A stretch of 64,000 bases of DNA. Source: Eledone cirrhosa (lineage: Eukaryota). The stretch lies in contig OZ024743.1 in NCBI GenBank assembly GCA_964016885.1, positions 101,370,001 through 101,434,000 on the forward strand. Reading direction: 5' to 3'. A program made the translations under genes and the position numbers. This document shows, piece after piece, positions 39,001 to 54,000 of the stretch (position 1 is its first letter; each line of letters opens with the position of its first letter). A model generated the notes under the pieces. It had not been told where the DNA came from, made no database searches, and saw only the letters and a list, made by a program, of their open reading frames with translations.

Positions 39001-42000
39001 TTTAAGCTGTCAGGATGCTCCATCCTTTAAAACCTCCATGGAAGAAACTACCTACATCAGTTCTTAGCTGTTGACACACTGCATCCTTTAAAACCACCAT
39101 GGAACAAACTACGTGCATCAGTTGTTAGCTGTCGAGTCCCTGCATTCTTTAAAACCTCCATGGAATCAACCACCTGTATCAGTTGTTAGCTGTCGAGACA
39201 CTGCATGCTTTAAAACTTCCATGGATCAAACTACTTGTATCAGTTGTTAGCTGTTGGGACACTGCATCCCTTAAAACCTCCATGAAACAAACTATCTGTA
39301 TCAGTCGTTAGCTGTTGAGACACTGCATCCTTTAAAACCACCATGGAACAAACTACCTGCATCAGTTGTTAGCTGTCGAGACTCTGCATCCTTTAAAACC
39401 TCCATGGAACAAACTACCTGCATCAGTTGTTAGCTGTCGAGACACTGCATACTTAAAACCTCCATGGAACAAACTACCTGCATCAGTTGTTATGTGTCTA
39501 GACACTGCATCCTTAAAACCTCCATGGAACAAACTACCTGCATCTGTTGTTAGCTGTCGAGACACTGCATCCCTTAAAACCACCATGTAACAAACTACTT
39601 GCATCAGTTGTTAGCTGTTGAGACACTGCACCCTTAAAACCTCCATGGAACAAACTACCTGCATCAGTTGTTAGCTGTCGAATCACTGCATCCTTTAAAA
39701 CCACCATGGAACAAACTACCTGCATCAGTTCTTAGCTGTCGCGATGCTGCATCCTTTTAAACCACCATGGAAGAAACTACCTGCATCAGTTGTAAGCTGT
39801 CAGGAAGCTCCATCCTTTAAAACCTCCATGGAATCAACCCCCTGCATCAGTTGTTAGCTGTCGAGACACTGCATAATTAAAAACCTCCATGGAACAAACT
39901 ACCTGCATCAGTTGTTATGTGTCTAGACACTGCATCCTTAAAACCTCCATGGAACAAACTACCTGCATCAGTTGTTAGCTGTCGAATCACTGCATCCTTT
40001 AAAACCACCATGGAACAAACTACCTGCATCAGTTGTTAGCTGGCAAGACTCTGCATCCTCGAAAACCTCCATGGAACAAACTACCTGCATCAGTTGTTAG
40101 CTGTCGAGTCATTGCATACTTAAAACCTCCATGGAACAAACTACCTGCATCAGTTGTTATGTGTCTAGACACTGCATCCTTAAAACCTCCATGGAACAAA
40201 CTATCTGCATCAGTTGTTAGCTGTCGAGACTCTGCATTCTTTAAAACCTCCATGGAACAAACTACCTGCATCAGTTGTTAGCTGTCGAGACACTGCATAA
40301 TTAAAAACCTCCATGGAACAAACTACCTGCATCAGTTGTTATGTGTCTAGACACTGCATCCTTAAAACCTCCATGGAACAAACTACCTGCATCTGTTGTT
40401 AGCTGTTGAGACACTGCATACCTTAAAACCACCATGTAACAGACTACTTGCATCAGTTGTTAGCTGTCGAATCACTGCATCCTTTAAAACCACCATGGAA
40501 CAAACTACCTGCATCAGTTGGTAGCTGTCGAGACACTACATCCTTTTAAACCACAATGGAACAAACTACCTGCATCAGTTGTTAGCTGTCGGGATGCTGC
40601 ATCCTTTTAAACCACCATGGAAGAAACTACCTGCATCAGCTGTAAGCTGTCAGGATGCTCCATCCTTTAAAACCTCCATGGAACAAACTTCCTGCATCAG
40701 TTGTTACCTGTCGAGACACTGCATCCTTTAAAACCTCCATTGAAGAAACTACCTGCATCAGTTGTTAGCTGTGAGACTGCTCCATCCTTTAAAACTTTTA
40801 TGGAACAAACTACCTCCATCAGTTTTTACCTGTCGAGACACTGCATCCTTTAAAACTTTTATGGAACAAACTACCTGCATGAGTTGTTAGCTGTTGAGTC
40901 ACTGCATCCTTTAAAACCTCCATGGAACAAACTACCTGCATCAGTTGTTAGTTGTCAAGACACTGCATCCTTAAAACCTCCATGGAACAATCTACCTGCA
41001 CCAGTTGTTAGCTGTCGAGAGACTGCATCCTTTAAAACCTTCATGGAACAAACTACCTGCATCAGTTGTCAGCTGTCGAGATACTGTATCCTTAAAACCT
41101 CCATGGAACAAATTACCTGCATCAATTGTTAGCTGTCGAGACCCTGCATCCTTTAAAACCAGCATGGAACAAACTACCTGCATCTGGTTTTAGCTGTCAA
41201 GACACTGCATCCTTTAAAATCTCCATGGATCAAACTACCGGCATCAGTTGTTAGCTGTTGGCACACTGCATCCTTTAAAACTTCCATGGAACAAACTTCC
41301 TGCATCAGTTGTTACCTGTCGAGATACTGCATCCTTTAAAACCTCCATGGAAGAAACTACATGCATCAGTTCTTAGTGTCAGGCTGCTCTATCCTTTAAA
41401 ACCTCCATGGAACAAACTACCTGCATCAGTTTTTAGCTGTCGAGACACTGCATCCTTTAAAACCTCTATGGAACAAACTACCTGCATCAGTTGTTAGCTG
41501 TCGAGACACTGCATCCTTTAAACCTTCAGGGAACAAACTACCTGCATCAGTTGTTACCTGTTGACACACTGCATCCTTTAAAACCACCATGGCACAAACT
41601 ACCTGCATCAGTTGTTAGCTGTCGAGACACTGCATCGTTTAAAACCACCATGGAACAAACTATCTGCATCAGTTGTTAGCTGTCGAGACCCAGCATCCTT
41701 TAAAACCACAATGGAACAAACTACCTGCATCAGTTGTTAGATGTCGGGACGCTGCATCCTTTAAAACCACCATGGAAGAAACTACCTGCGTCAGTTGTTA
41801 CCTGTCGAGACACTGCTCCTTTAAAACCTCCATGGAACAAAATACCTGCATCAGTTGTTAGCTGTTGTGACACTGCATCCTTTAAAACCACCATGGAACC
41901 AACTACCTGCATCAGTTGTTACCTGTCGAGACACTGCTCCTTTAAAACCTCCATGGAACAAACTACCTGCGTCAGTTGTTAGCTGTCGGCATGCTGCATC

Positions 42001-45000
42001 CTTTAAAACCACGATGGAAGAAACTACCTGCATCAGTTGTAAGCTGTCAGGATGCTCCATCCTTTAAAATATCCATGGAACAAACTACCTCCATCAGTTC
42101 TTAGCTGTTGACACACTGCATCCTTTAAAACCACCATGGAACAAACTACCTGCATCAGTTGTTAGCTGTCGAGACACTGCATCCTTTAAAACCTTCATGG
42201 AACAAACTACCTGCATCTGCTGCTAGCTGTCGGGATGCTGCATCCTTTAAAACCTTCATGGAACAAACTACCCGCATCAGTTGTTAGCTGTTGAGACACT
42301 GCATCCTTTAAAACCTCCAAGGAATCAACTACCTGTATCTATTGTTAGCTGTCGAGACACTGCATCCTTTAAAATCTCCATGGATCAAACTACCGGCATC
42401 AGTTGTTAGCTGTTGACACACTGCATCCTTTAAAACAACCATGGCACAAACTACCTACATCAGTTGTTAGCTGTTGAGACACTGCATCCTAAAAACCTCC
42501 ATGGAATAGACTACCTGTATCAGTTGTTACCTGTCGAGATACTGCATACTTTAAAATCTCCATGGATCCAACTACCTGTATCAGTCGTTAGCTGTTGAGA
42601 CACTGCATCCTTTAAAACCACCATGGAACAAACTACCTGCATCAGTTGTTAGCTGTCGAGACTCTGCATCCTTTAAAACCTCCATGGAACAAACTACCTG
42701 CATCAGTTGTTAGCTGTCGAGACACTGCATACTTAAAACCTCCATGGAACAAACTACCTGCATCAGTTGTTATGTGTCTAGACACTGCATCCTTAAAACC
42801 TCCATGGAACAAACTACCTGCATCTGTTGTTAGCTGTCGAGACACTGCATCCCTTAAAACCACCATGTAACAAACTACTTGCATCAGTTGTTAGCTGTTG
42901 AGACACTGCACCCTTAAAACCTCCATGGAACAAACTACCTGCATCAGTTGTTAGCTGTCGAATCACTGCATCCTTTAAAACCACCATGGAACAAACTACC
43001 TGCATCAGTTCTTAGCTGTCGCGATGCTGCATCCTTTTAAACCACCATGGAAGAAACTACCTGCATCAGTTGTAAGCTGTCAGGAAGCTCCATCCTTTAA
43101 AACCTCCATGGAATCAACCCCCTGCATCAGTTGTTAGCTGTCGAGACACTGCATAATTAAAAACCTCCATGGAACAAACTACCTGCATCAGTTGTTATGT
43201 GTCTAGACACTGCATCCTTAAAACCTCCATGGAACAAACTACCTGCATCAGTTGTTAGCTGTCGAATCACTGCATCCTTTAAAACCACCATGGAACAAAC
43301 TACCTGCATCAGTTGTTAGCTGGCAAGACTCTGCATCCTCGAAAACCTCCATGGAACAAACTACCTGCATCAGTTGTTAGCTGTCGAGTCATTGCATACT
43401 TAAAACCTCCATGGAACAAACTACCTGCATCAGTTGTTATGTGTCTAGACACTGCATCCTTAAAACCTCCATGGAACAAACTATCTGCATCAGTTGTTAG
43501 CTGTCGAGACTCTGCATTCTTTAAAACCTCCATGGAACAAACTACCTGCATCAGTTGTTAGCTGTCGAGACACTGCATAATTAAAAACCTCCATGGAACA
43601 AACTACCTGCATCAGTTGTTATGTGTCTAGACACTGCATCCTTAAAACCTCCATGGAACAAACTACCTGCATCTGTTGTTAGCTGTTGAGACACTGCATA
43701 CCTTAAAACCACCATGTAACAGACTACTTGCATCAGTTGTTAGCTGTCGAATCACTGCATCCTTTAAAACCACCATGGAACAAACTACCTGCATCAGTTG
43801 GTAGCTGTCGAGACACTACATCCTTTTAAACCACAATGGAACAAACTACCTGCATCAGTTGTTAGCTGTCGGGATGCTGCATCCTTTTAAACCACCATGG
43901 AAGAAACTACCTGCATCAGCTGTAAGCTGTCAGGATGCTCCATCCTTTAAAACCTCCATGGAACAAACTTCCTGCATCAGTTGTTACCTGTCGAGACACT
44001 GCATCCTTTAAAACCTCCATTGAAGAAACTACCTGCATCAGTTGTTAGCTGTGAGACTGCTCCATCCTTTAAAACTTTTATGGAACAAACTACCTCCATC
44101 AGTTTTTACCTGTCGAGACACTGCATCCTTTAAAACTTTTATGGAACAAACTACCTGCATGAGTTGTTAGCTGTTGAGTCACTGCATCCTTTAAAACCTC
44201 CATGGAACAAACTACCTGCATCAGTTGTTAGTTGTCAAGACACTGCATCCTTAAAACCTCCATGGAACAATCTACCTGCACCAGTTGTTAGCTGTCGAGA
44301 GACTGCATCCTTTAAAACCTTCATGGAACAAACTACCTGCATCAGTTGTCAGCTGTCGAGATACTGTATCCTTAAAACCTCCATGGAACAAATTACCTGC
44401 ATCAATTGTTAGCTGTCGAGACCCTGCATCCTTTAAAACCAGCATGGAACAAACTACCTGCATCTGGTTTTAGCTGTCAAGACACTGCATCCTTTAAAAT
44501 CTCCATGGATCAAACTACCGGCATCAGTTGTTAGCTGTTGGCACACTGCATCCTTTAAAACTTCCATGGAACAAACTTCCTGCATCAGTTGTTACCTGTC
44601 GAGATACTGCATCCTTTAAAACCTCCATGGAAGAAACTACATGCATCAGTTCTTAGTGTCAGGCTGCTCTATCCTTTAAAACCTCCATGGAACAAACTAC
44701 CTGCATCAGTTTTTAGCTGTCGAGACACTGCATCCTTTAAAACCTCTATGGAACAAACTACCTGCATCAGTTGTTAGCTGTCGAGACACTGCATCCTTTA
44801 AACCTTCAGGGAACAAACTACCTGCATCAGTTGTTACCTGTTGACACACTGCATCCTTTAAAACCACCATGGCACAAACTACCTGCATCAGTTGTTAGCT
44901 GTCGAGACACTGCATCGTTTAAAACCACCATGGAACAAACTATCTGCATCAGTTGTTAGCTGTCGAGACCCAGCATCCTTTAAAACCACAATGGAACAAA

Positions 45001-48000
45001 CTACCTGCATCAGTTGTTAGATGTCGGGACGCTGCATCCTTTAAAACCACCATGGAAGAAACTACCTGCGTCAGTTGTTACCTGTCGAGACACTGCTCCT
45101 TTAAAACCTCCATGGAACAAAATACCTGCATCAGTTGTTAGCTGTTGTGACACTGCATCCTTTAAAACCACCATGGAACCAACTACCTGCATCAGTTGTT
45201 ACCTGTCGAGACACTGCTCCTTTAAAACCTCCATGGAACAAACTACCTGCGTCAGTTGTTAGCTGTCGGCATGCTGCATCCTTTAAAACCACGATGGAAG
45301 AAACTACCTGCATCAGTTGTAAGCTGTCAGGATGCTCCATCCTTTAAAATATCCATGGAACAAACTACCTCCATCAGTTCTTAGCTGTTGACACACTGCA
45401 TCCTTTAAAACCACCATGGAACAAACTACCTGCATCAGTTGTTAGCTGTCGAGACACTGCATCCTTTAAAACCTTCATGGAACAAACTACCTGCATCTGC
45501 TGCTAGCTGTCGGGATGCTGCATCCTTTAAAACCTTCATGGAACAAACTACCCGCATCAGTTGTTAGCTGTTGAGACACTGCATCCTTTAAAACCTCCAA
45601 GGAATCAACTACCTGTATCTATTGTTAGCTGTCGAGACACTGCATCCTTTAAAATCTCCATGGATCAAACTACCGGCATCAGTTGTTAGCTGTTGACACA
45701 CTGCATCCTTTAAAACAACCATGGCACAAACTACCTACATCAGTTGTTAGCTGTTGAGACACTGCATCCTAAAAACCTCCATGGAATAGACTACCTGTAT
45801 CAGTTGTTACCTGTCGAGATACTGCATACTTTAAAATCTCCATGGATCCAACTACCTGTATCAGTTGTTAGCTGTTGGGACACTGCATCCTTTAAAACCT
45901 CCGTGAAACAAACTATCTGTATCAGTCGCTAGCTGTTGAGACACTGCATCCTTTAAAACCTCCATGGAACAAACTACCTGCATCAGTTGTTAGCTGTCGA
46001 ATCACTGCATCCTTTAAAACCACCATGGAACAAACTACCTGCATCAGTTGTTAGCTGGCAAGACTCTGCATCCTCTAAAACCTCCATGGAACAAACTACC
46101 TGCATCAGTTGTTAGCTGTCGAGACACTGCATAATTAAAAACCTCCATGGAACAAACTACCTGCATCAGTTGTTATGTGTCTAGACACTGCATCCTTAAA
46201 ACCTCCATGGAACAAACTACCTGCATCAGTTGTTAGCTGTCGAATCACTGCATCCTTTAAAACCACCATGGAACAAACTACCTGCATCAGTTGTTAGCTG
46301 GCAAGACTCTGCATCCTCTAAAACCTCCATGGAACAAACTACCTGCATCAGTTGTTAGCTGTCGAGTCATTGCATACTTAAAACCTCCATGGAACAAACT
46401 ACCTGCATCAGTTGTTATGTGTCTAGACACTGCATCCTTAAAACCTCCATGGAACAAACTATCTGCATCAGTTGTTAGCTGTCGAGACTCTGCATTCTTT
46501 AAAACCTCCATGGAACAAACTACCTGCATCAGTTGTTAGCTGTCGAGACACTGCATAATTAAAAACCTCCATGGAACAAACTACCTGCATCAGTTGTTAT
46601 GTGTCTAGACACTGCATCCTTAAAACCTCCATGGAACAAACTACCTGCATCTGTTGTTAGCTGTTGAGACACTGCATACCTTAAAACCACCATGTAACAG
46701 ACTACTTGCATCAGTTGTTAGCTGTCGAATCACTGCATCCTTTAAAACCACCATGGAACAAACTACCTGCATCAGTTGGTAGCTGTCGAGACACTACATC
46801 CTTTTAAACCACAATGGAACAAACTACCTGCATCAGTTGTTAGCTGTCGGGATGCTGCATCCTTTTAAACCACCATGGAAGAAACTACCTGCATCAGCTG
46901 TAAGCTGTCAGGATGCTCCATCCTTTAAAACCTCCATGGAACAAACTTCCTGCATCAGTTGTTACCTGTCGAGACACTGCATCCTTTAAAACCTCCATTG
47001 AAGAAACTACCTGCATCAGTTGTTAGCTGTGAGACTGCTCCATCCTTTAAAACTTTTATGGAACAAACTACCTCCATCAGTTTTTACCTGTCGAGACACT
47101 GCATCCTTTAAAACTTTTATGGAACAAACTACCTGCATGAGTTGTTAGCTGTTGAGTCACTGCATCCTTTAAAACCTCCATGGAACAAACTACCTGCATC
47201 AGTTGTTAGTTGTCAAGACACTGCATCCTTAAAACCTCCATGGAACAATCTACCTGCACCAGTTGTTAGCTGTCGAGAGACTGCATCCTTTAAAACCTTC
47301 ATGGAACAAACTACCTGCATCAGTTGTCAGCTGTCGAGATACTGTATCCTTAAAACCTCCATGGAACAAATTACCTGCATCAATTGTTAGCTGTCGAGAC
47401 CCTGCATCCTTTAAAACCAGCATGGAACAAACTACCTGCATCTGGTTTTAGCTGTCAAGACACTGCATCCTTTAAAATCTCCATGGATCAAACTACCGGC
47501 ATCAGTTGTTAGCTGTTGGCACACTGCATCCTTTAAAACTTCCATGGAACAAACTTCCTGCATCAGTTGTTACCTGTCGAGATACTGCATCCTTTAAAAC
47601 CTCCATGGAAGAAACTACATGCATCAGTTCTTAGTGTCAGGCTGCTCTATCCTTTAAAACCTCCATGGAACAAACTACCTGCATCAGTTTTTAGCTGTCG
47701 AGACACTGCATCCTTTAAAACCTCTATGGAACAAACTACCTGCATCAGTTGTTAGCTGTCGAGACACTGCATCCTTTAAACCTTCAGGGAACAAACTACC
47801 TGCATCAGTTGTTACCTGTTGACACACTGCATCCTTTAAAACCACCATGGCACAAACTACCTGCATCAGTTGTTAGCTGTCGAGACACTGCATCGTTTAA
47901 AACCACCATGGAACAAACTATCTGCATCAGTTGTTAGCTGTCGAGACCCAGCATCCTTTAAAACCACAATGGAACAAACTACCTGCATCAGTTGTTAGAT

Positions 48001-51000
48001 GTCGGGACGCTGCATCCTTTAAAACCACCATGGAAGAAACTACCTGCGTCAGTTGTTACCTGTCGAGACACTGCTCCTTTAAAACCTCCATGGAACAAAA
48101 TACCTGCATCAGTTGTTAGCTGTTGTGACACTGCATCCTTTAAAACCACCATGGAACCAACTACCTGCATCAGTTGTTACCTGTCGAGACACTGCTCCTT
48201 TAAAACCTCCATGGAACAAACTACCTGCGTCAGTTGTTAGCTGTCGGCATGCTGCATCCTTTAAAACCACGATGGAAGAAACTACCTGCATCAGTTGTAA
48301 GCTGTCAGGATGCTCCATCCTTTAAAATATCCATGGAACAAACTACCTCCATCAGTTCTTAGCTGTTGACACACTGCATCCTTTAAAACCACCATGGAAC
48401 AAACTACCTGCATCAGTTGTTAGCTGTCGAGACACTGCATCCTTTAAAACCTTCATGGAACAAACTACCTGCATCTGCTGCTAGCTGTCGGGATGCTGCA
48501 TCCTTTAAAACCTTCATGGAACAAACTACCCGCATCAGTTGTTAGCTGTTGAGACACTGCATCCTTTAAAACCTCCAAGGAATCAACTACCTGTATCTAT
48601 TGTTAGCTGTCGAGACACTGCATCCTTTAAAATCTCCATGGATCAAACTACCGGCATCAGTTGTTAGCTGTTGACACACTGCATCCTTTAAAACAACCAT
48701 GGCACAAACTACCTACATCAGTTGTTAGCTGTTGAGACACTGCATCCTAAAAACCTCCATGGAATAGACTACCTGTATCAGTTGTTACCTGTCGAGATAC
48801 TGCATACTTTAAAATCTCCATGGATCCAACTACCTGTATCAGTTGTTAGCTGTTGGGACACTGCATCCTTTAAAACCTCCGTGAAACAAACTATCTGTAT
48901 CAGTCGCTAGCTGTTGAGACACTGCATCCTTTAAAACCTCCATGGAACAAACTACCTGCATCAGTTGTTAGCTGTCGAATCACTGCATCCTTTAAAACCA
49001 CCATGGAACAAACTACCTGCATCAGTTGTTAGCTGGCAAGACTCTGCATCCTCTAAAACCTCCATGGAACAAACTACCTGCATCAGTTGTTAGCTGTCGA
49101 GACACTGCATAATTAAAAACCTCCATGGAACAAACTACCTGCATCAGTTGTTATGTGTCTAGACACTGCATCCTTAAAACCTCCATGGAACAAACTACCT
49201 GCATCAGTTGTTAGCTGTCGAATCACTGCATCCTTTAAAACCACCATGGAACAAACTACCTGCATCAGTTGTTAGCTGGCAAGACTCTGCATCCTCTAAA
49301 ACCTCCATGGAACAAACTACCTGCATCAGTTGTTAGCTGTCGAGTCATTGCATACTTAAAACCTCCATGGAACAAACTACCTGCATCAGTTGTTATGTGT
49401 CTAGACACTGCATCCTTAAAACCTCCATGGAACAAACTATCTGCATCAGTTGTTAGCTGTCGAGACTCTGCATTCTTTAAAACCTCCATGGAACAAACTA
49501 CCTGCATCAGTTGTTAGCTGTCGAGACACTGCATAATTAAAAACCTCCATGGAACAAACTACCTGCATCAGTTGTTATGTGTCTAGACACTGCATCCTTA
49601 AAACCTCCATGGAACAAACTACCTGCATCTGTTGTTAGCTGTTGAGACACTGCATACCTTAAAACCACCATGTAACAGACTACTTGCATCAGTTGTTAGC
49701 TGTCGAATCACTGCATCCTTTAAAACCACCATGGAACAAACTACCTGCATCAGTTGGTAGCTGTCGAGACACTGCATCCTTTTAAACCACAATGGAACAA
49801 ACTACCTGCATCAGTTGTTAGCTGTCGGGATGCTGCATCCTTTTAAACCACCATGGAAGAAACTACCTGCATCAGCTGTAAGCTGTCAGGATGCTCCATC
49901 CTTCAAAACCTCCATGGAACAAACTACCTGCATCAGTTGTTAGCTGTCGGGACGATGCATCTTTTAAAACCACCATGGAAGAAACTACCTGCATCAGTTT
50001 TAAGCTGTCAGGATGCTCCATCCTTTAAACCCTCCATGGAACAAACTACCTACATCAGTTCTTAGCTGTTGACACACTGCATCCTTTAAAACCACCATGG
50101 AACAAACTACCTGCATCAGTTGTTAGCTGTCGAGACACTGCATCCTTTAAAACCACCATGGAACAAACTACCTGCATCAGTTGTTAGCTGTCGAGACACT
50201 GCATCCTTTAAAACCACCATGGAACAAACTACCTGCATCAGTTGTTAGCTGTCGAGACACTGCATCCTTTAAAACCACAATGGAACAAACTACCTGCATC
50301 AGTTGTTAGCTGTTGTGACACTGCATCCTTTAAAACCGCCATGGAACCAACTACCTGCATCAGTTGTTACCTGTCGAGACACTGCTCCTTTAAAACCTCC
50401 ATGGAACAAACTACCTGCATCAGTTGTTAGCTGTTGTGACACTGCATCCTTTAAAACCGCCATGGAACCAACTACCTGCATCAGTTGTTACCTGTCGAGA
50501 CACTGCTCCTTTAACACCTCCATGGAAGAAACTACCTGCATCAGTTGTTAGCTGTCGGCACGCTGCATCCTTTAAAACCACCATGGAAGAAACTACCTGC
50601 ATCAGTTGTAAGCTGTCAGGATGCTCCATCCTTTAAAACCTCCATGGAACAAACTACCTCCATCAGTTCTTAGCTGTTGATACACTGCATACTTTAAAAC
50701 CACCATCGAACAAACTACCTGCATCAGTTGTTAGCTGTCGAGACACTGCATCCTTTAAAACCTTCATGGAACAACTACCTGCATCTGCTGTTAGCTGTCG
50801 GGTTGTTGCATCCTTTAAAACCACCATGGCACAAACTACCCGCATCAGTTGTTAGCTGTTGAGAAACTGCATCCTTTAAAACCTCCATGGAATCAACTAC
50901 CTGTATCTGTTGTTAGCTGTCGAGACACTGCATCCTTTAAAATCTCCATGGATCAAACTACCTGCATCAGTTGTTAGCTGTTGACACACTGCATCCTTTA

Positions 51001-54000
51001 AAACCACCATGGAATAGACTACCTGTCTCAGTTGTTACCTGTTGAGATACTGCATACTTTAAAACCTCCATGGATCAAACTACCTGTATCAGTTGTTATC
51101 TGTTGGGACACTGCATCCTTTAAAACCTCCGTGAAACAAACTATCTGTATCAGACGTTAACTGTTGAGACACTGCATCCTTTAAAACCACCATGGAAAAA
51201 ACTACCTGCACCAGTTGTTAGCTGTCGAGACTCTGCATCCTTTAAAACCTCCATGGAACAAACTACCTGCATCAGTTGTTAGCTGTCGAGACACTGCATA
51301 CTTAAAACCTCCATGGAACAAACTACCTGCATCAGTTGTTATGTGTCTAGACACTGCATCCTTAAAATCTCCATGGAACAAACTACCTGCATCTGTTGTT
51401 AGCTGTCGAGACACTGCATCCCTTAAAACCACCATGTAACAAACTACTTGCATCAGTTGTTAGCTGTTGAGACACTGCATCCTTTAAAACCTCCGTGAAA
51501 CAAACTGTCTGTATCAGACGTTAGCTGTTGAGACACTGCATCCTTTAAAACCACCATGGAAAAAACTACCTGCAACAGTTGTTAGCTGTCGAGACCCTGC
51601 ATCCTTTAAAACTACAATGGAACAAACTACCTGCATCAGTTGTAAGCTGTTGTGACACTGCATCCTTTAAAACCACCATGGAACCAACTACCTGCATCAG
51701 TTGTTACCTGTCGTCACACCGCTCCTTTAAAACCTCCATGGAACAAACTACCTGCATCAGTTGTTAGCTGTCGGGACGCTTAATCCTTTAAAACCACCAT
51801 GGAAGAAACTACCTGCATCAGTTTTAAGCTGTCAGGATGCTCCATCCTTTAAAACCTCCATGGAAGAAACTACCTACATCAGTTCTTAGCTGTTGACACA
51901 CTGCATCCTTTAAAACCACCATGGAACAAACTACGTGCATCAGTTGTTAGCTGTCGAGTCCCTGCATTCTTTAAAACCTCCATGGAATCAACCACCTGTA
52001 TCAGTTGTTAGCTGTCGAGACACTGCATGCTTTACAACTTCCATGGATCAAACTACTTGTATCAGTTGTTAGCTGTTGGGACACTGCATCCCTTAAAACC
52101 TCCATGAAACAAACTATCTGTATCAGTCGTTAGCTGTTGAGACACTGCATCCTTTAAAACCACCATGGAACAAACTACCTGCATCAGTTGTTAGCTGTCG
52201 AGACTCTGCATCCTTTAAAACCTCCATGGAACAAACTACCTGCATCAGTTGTTAGCTGTCGAGACACTGCATACTTAAAACCTCCATGGAACAAACTACC
52301 TGCATCAGTTGTTATGTGTCTAGACACTGCATCCTTAAAACCTCCATGGAACAAACTACCTGCATCTGTTGTTAGCTGTCGAGACACTGCATCCCTTAAA
52401 ACCACCATGTAACAAACTACTTGCATCAGTTGTTAGCTGTTGAGACACTGCACCCTTAAAACCTCCATGGAACAAACTACCTGCATCAGTTGTTAGCTGT
52501 CGAATCACTGCATCCTTTAAAACCACCATGGAACAAACTACCTGCATCAGTTCTTAGCTGTCGCGATGCTGCATCCTTTTAAACCACCATGGAAGAAACT
52601 ACCTGCATCAGTTGTAAGCTGTCAGGAAGCTCCATCCTTTAAAACCTCCATGGAATCAACCCCCTGTATCAGTTGTTAGCTGTCGAGACCCTGCATTCTT
52701 TAAAACCTCCATGGAACAAACTACCTGTATCAGTTGTTATCTGTTGGCACACTGCATCCTTTAAAACCTCCATGAAACAAACTATCCGTATCAGTTGTTA
52801 GCTGTTGAGACACTGCATCCTTTAAAACCACCATGGAACAAACTACCTGCATCAGTTGTTATGTGTCTAGACACTGCATCCTTAAAACCTCCATGGAACA
52901 AACTATCTGCATCAGTTGTTAGCTGTCGAGACTCTGCATTCTTTAAAACCTCCATGGAACAAACTACCTGCATCAGTTGTTAGCTGTCGAGACACTGCAT
53001 AATTAAAAACCTCCATGGAACAAACTACCTGCATCAGTTGTTATGTGTCTAGACACTGCATCCTTAAAACCTCCATGGAACAAACTACCTGCATCAGTTG
53101 TTAGCTGTCGAATCACTGCATCCTTTAAAACCACCATGGAACAAACTACCTGCATCAGTTGTTAGCTGGCAAGACTCTGCATCCTCTAAAACCTCCATGG
53201 AACAAACTACCTGCATCAGTTGTTAGCTGTCGAGTCATTGCATACTTAAAACCTCCATGGAACAAACTACCTGCATCAGTTGTTATGTGTCTAGACACTG
53301 CATCCTTAAAACCTCCATGGAACAAACTATCTGCATCAGTTGTTAGCTGTCGAGACTCTGCATTCTTTAAAACCTCCATGGAACAAACTACCTGCATCAG
53401 TTGTTATGTGTCTAGACACTGCATCCTTAAAACCTCCATGGAACAAACTACCTGCATCTGTTGTTAGCTGTTGAGACACTGCATACCTTAAAACCACCAT
53501 GTAACAGACTACTTGCATCAGTTGTTAGCTGTCGAATCACTGCATCCTTTAAAACCACCATGGAACAAACTACCTGCATCAGTTGGTAGCTGTCGAGACA
53601 CTGCATCCTTTTAAACCACAATGGAACAAACTACCTGCATCAGCTGTAAGCTGTCAGGATGCTCCATCCTTTAAAACCTCCATGGAACAAACTACCTGCA
53701 TCAGTTGTTAGCTGTCGGGACGATGCATCTTTTAAAACCACCATGGAAGAAACTACCTGCATCAGTTTTAAGCTGTCAGGATGCTCCATCCTTTAAACCC
53801 TCCATGGAACAAACTACCTACATCAGTTCTTAGCTGTTGACACACTGCATCCTTTAAAACCACCATGGAACAAACTACCTGCATCAGTTGTTAGCTGTCG
53901 AGACACTGCATCCTTTAAAACCACAATGGAAGAAACTACCTGCATCAGTTGTTAGCTGTTGTGACACTGCATCCTTTAAAACCGCCATGGAACCAACTAC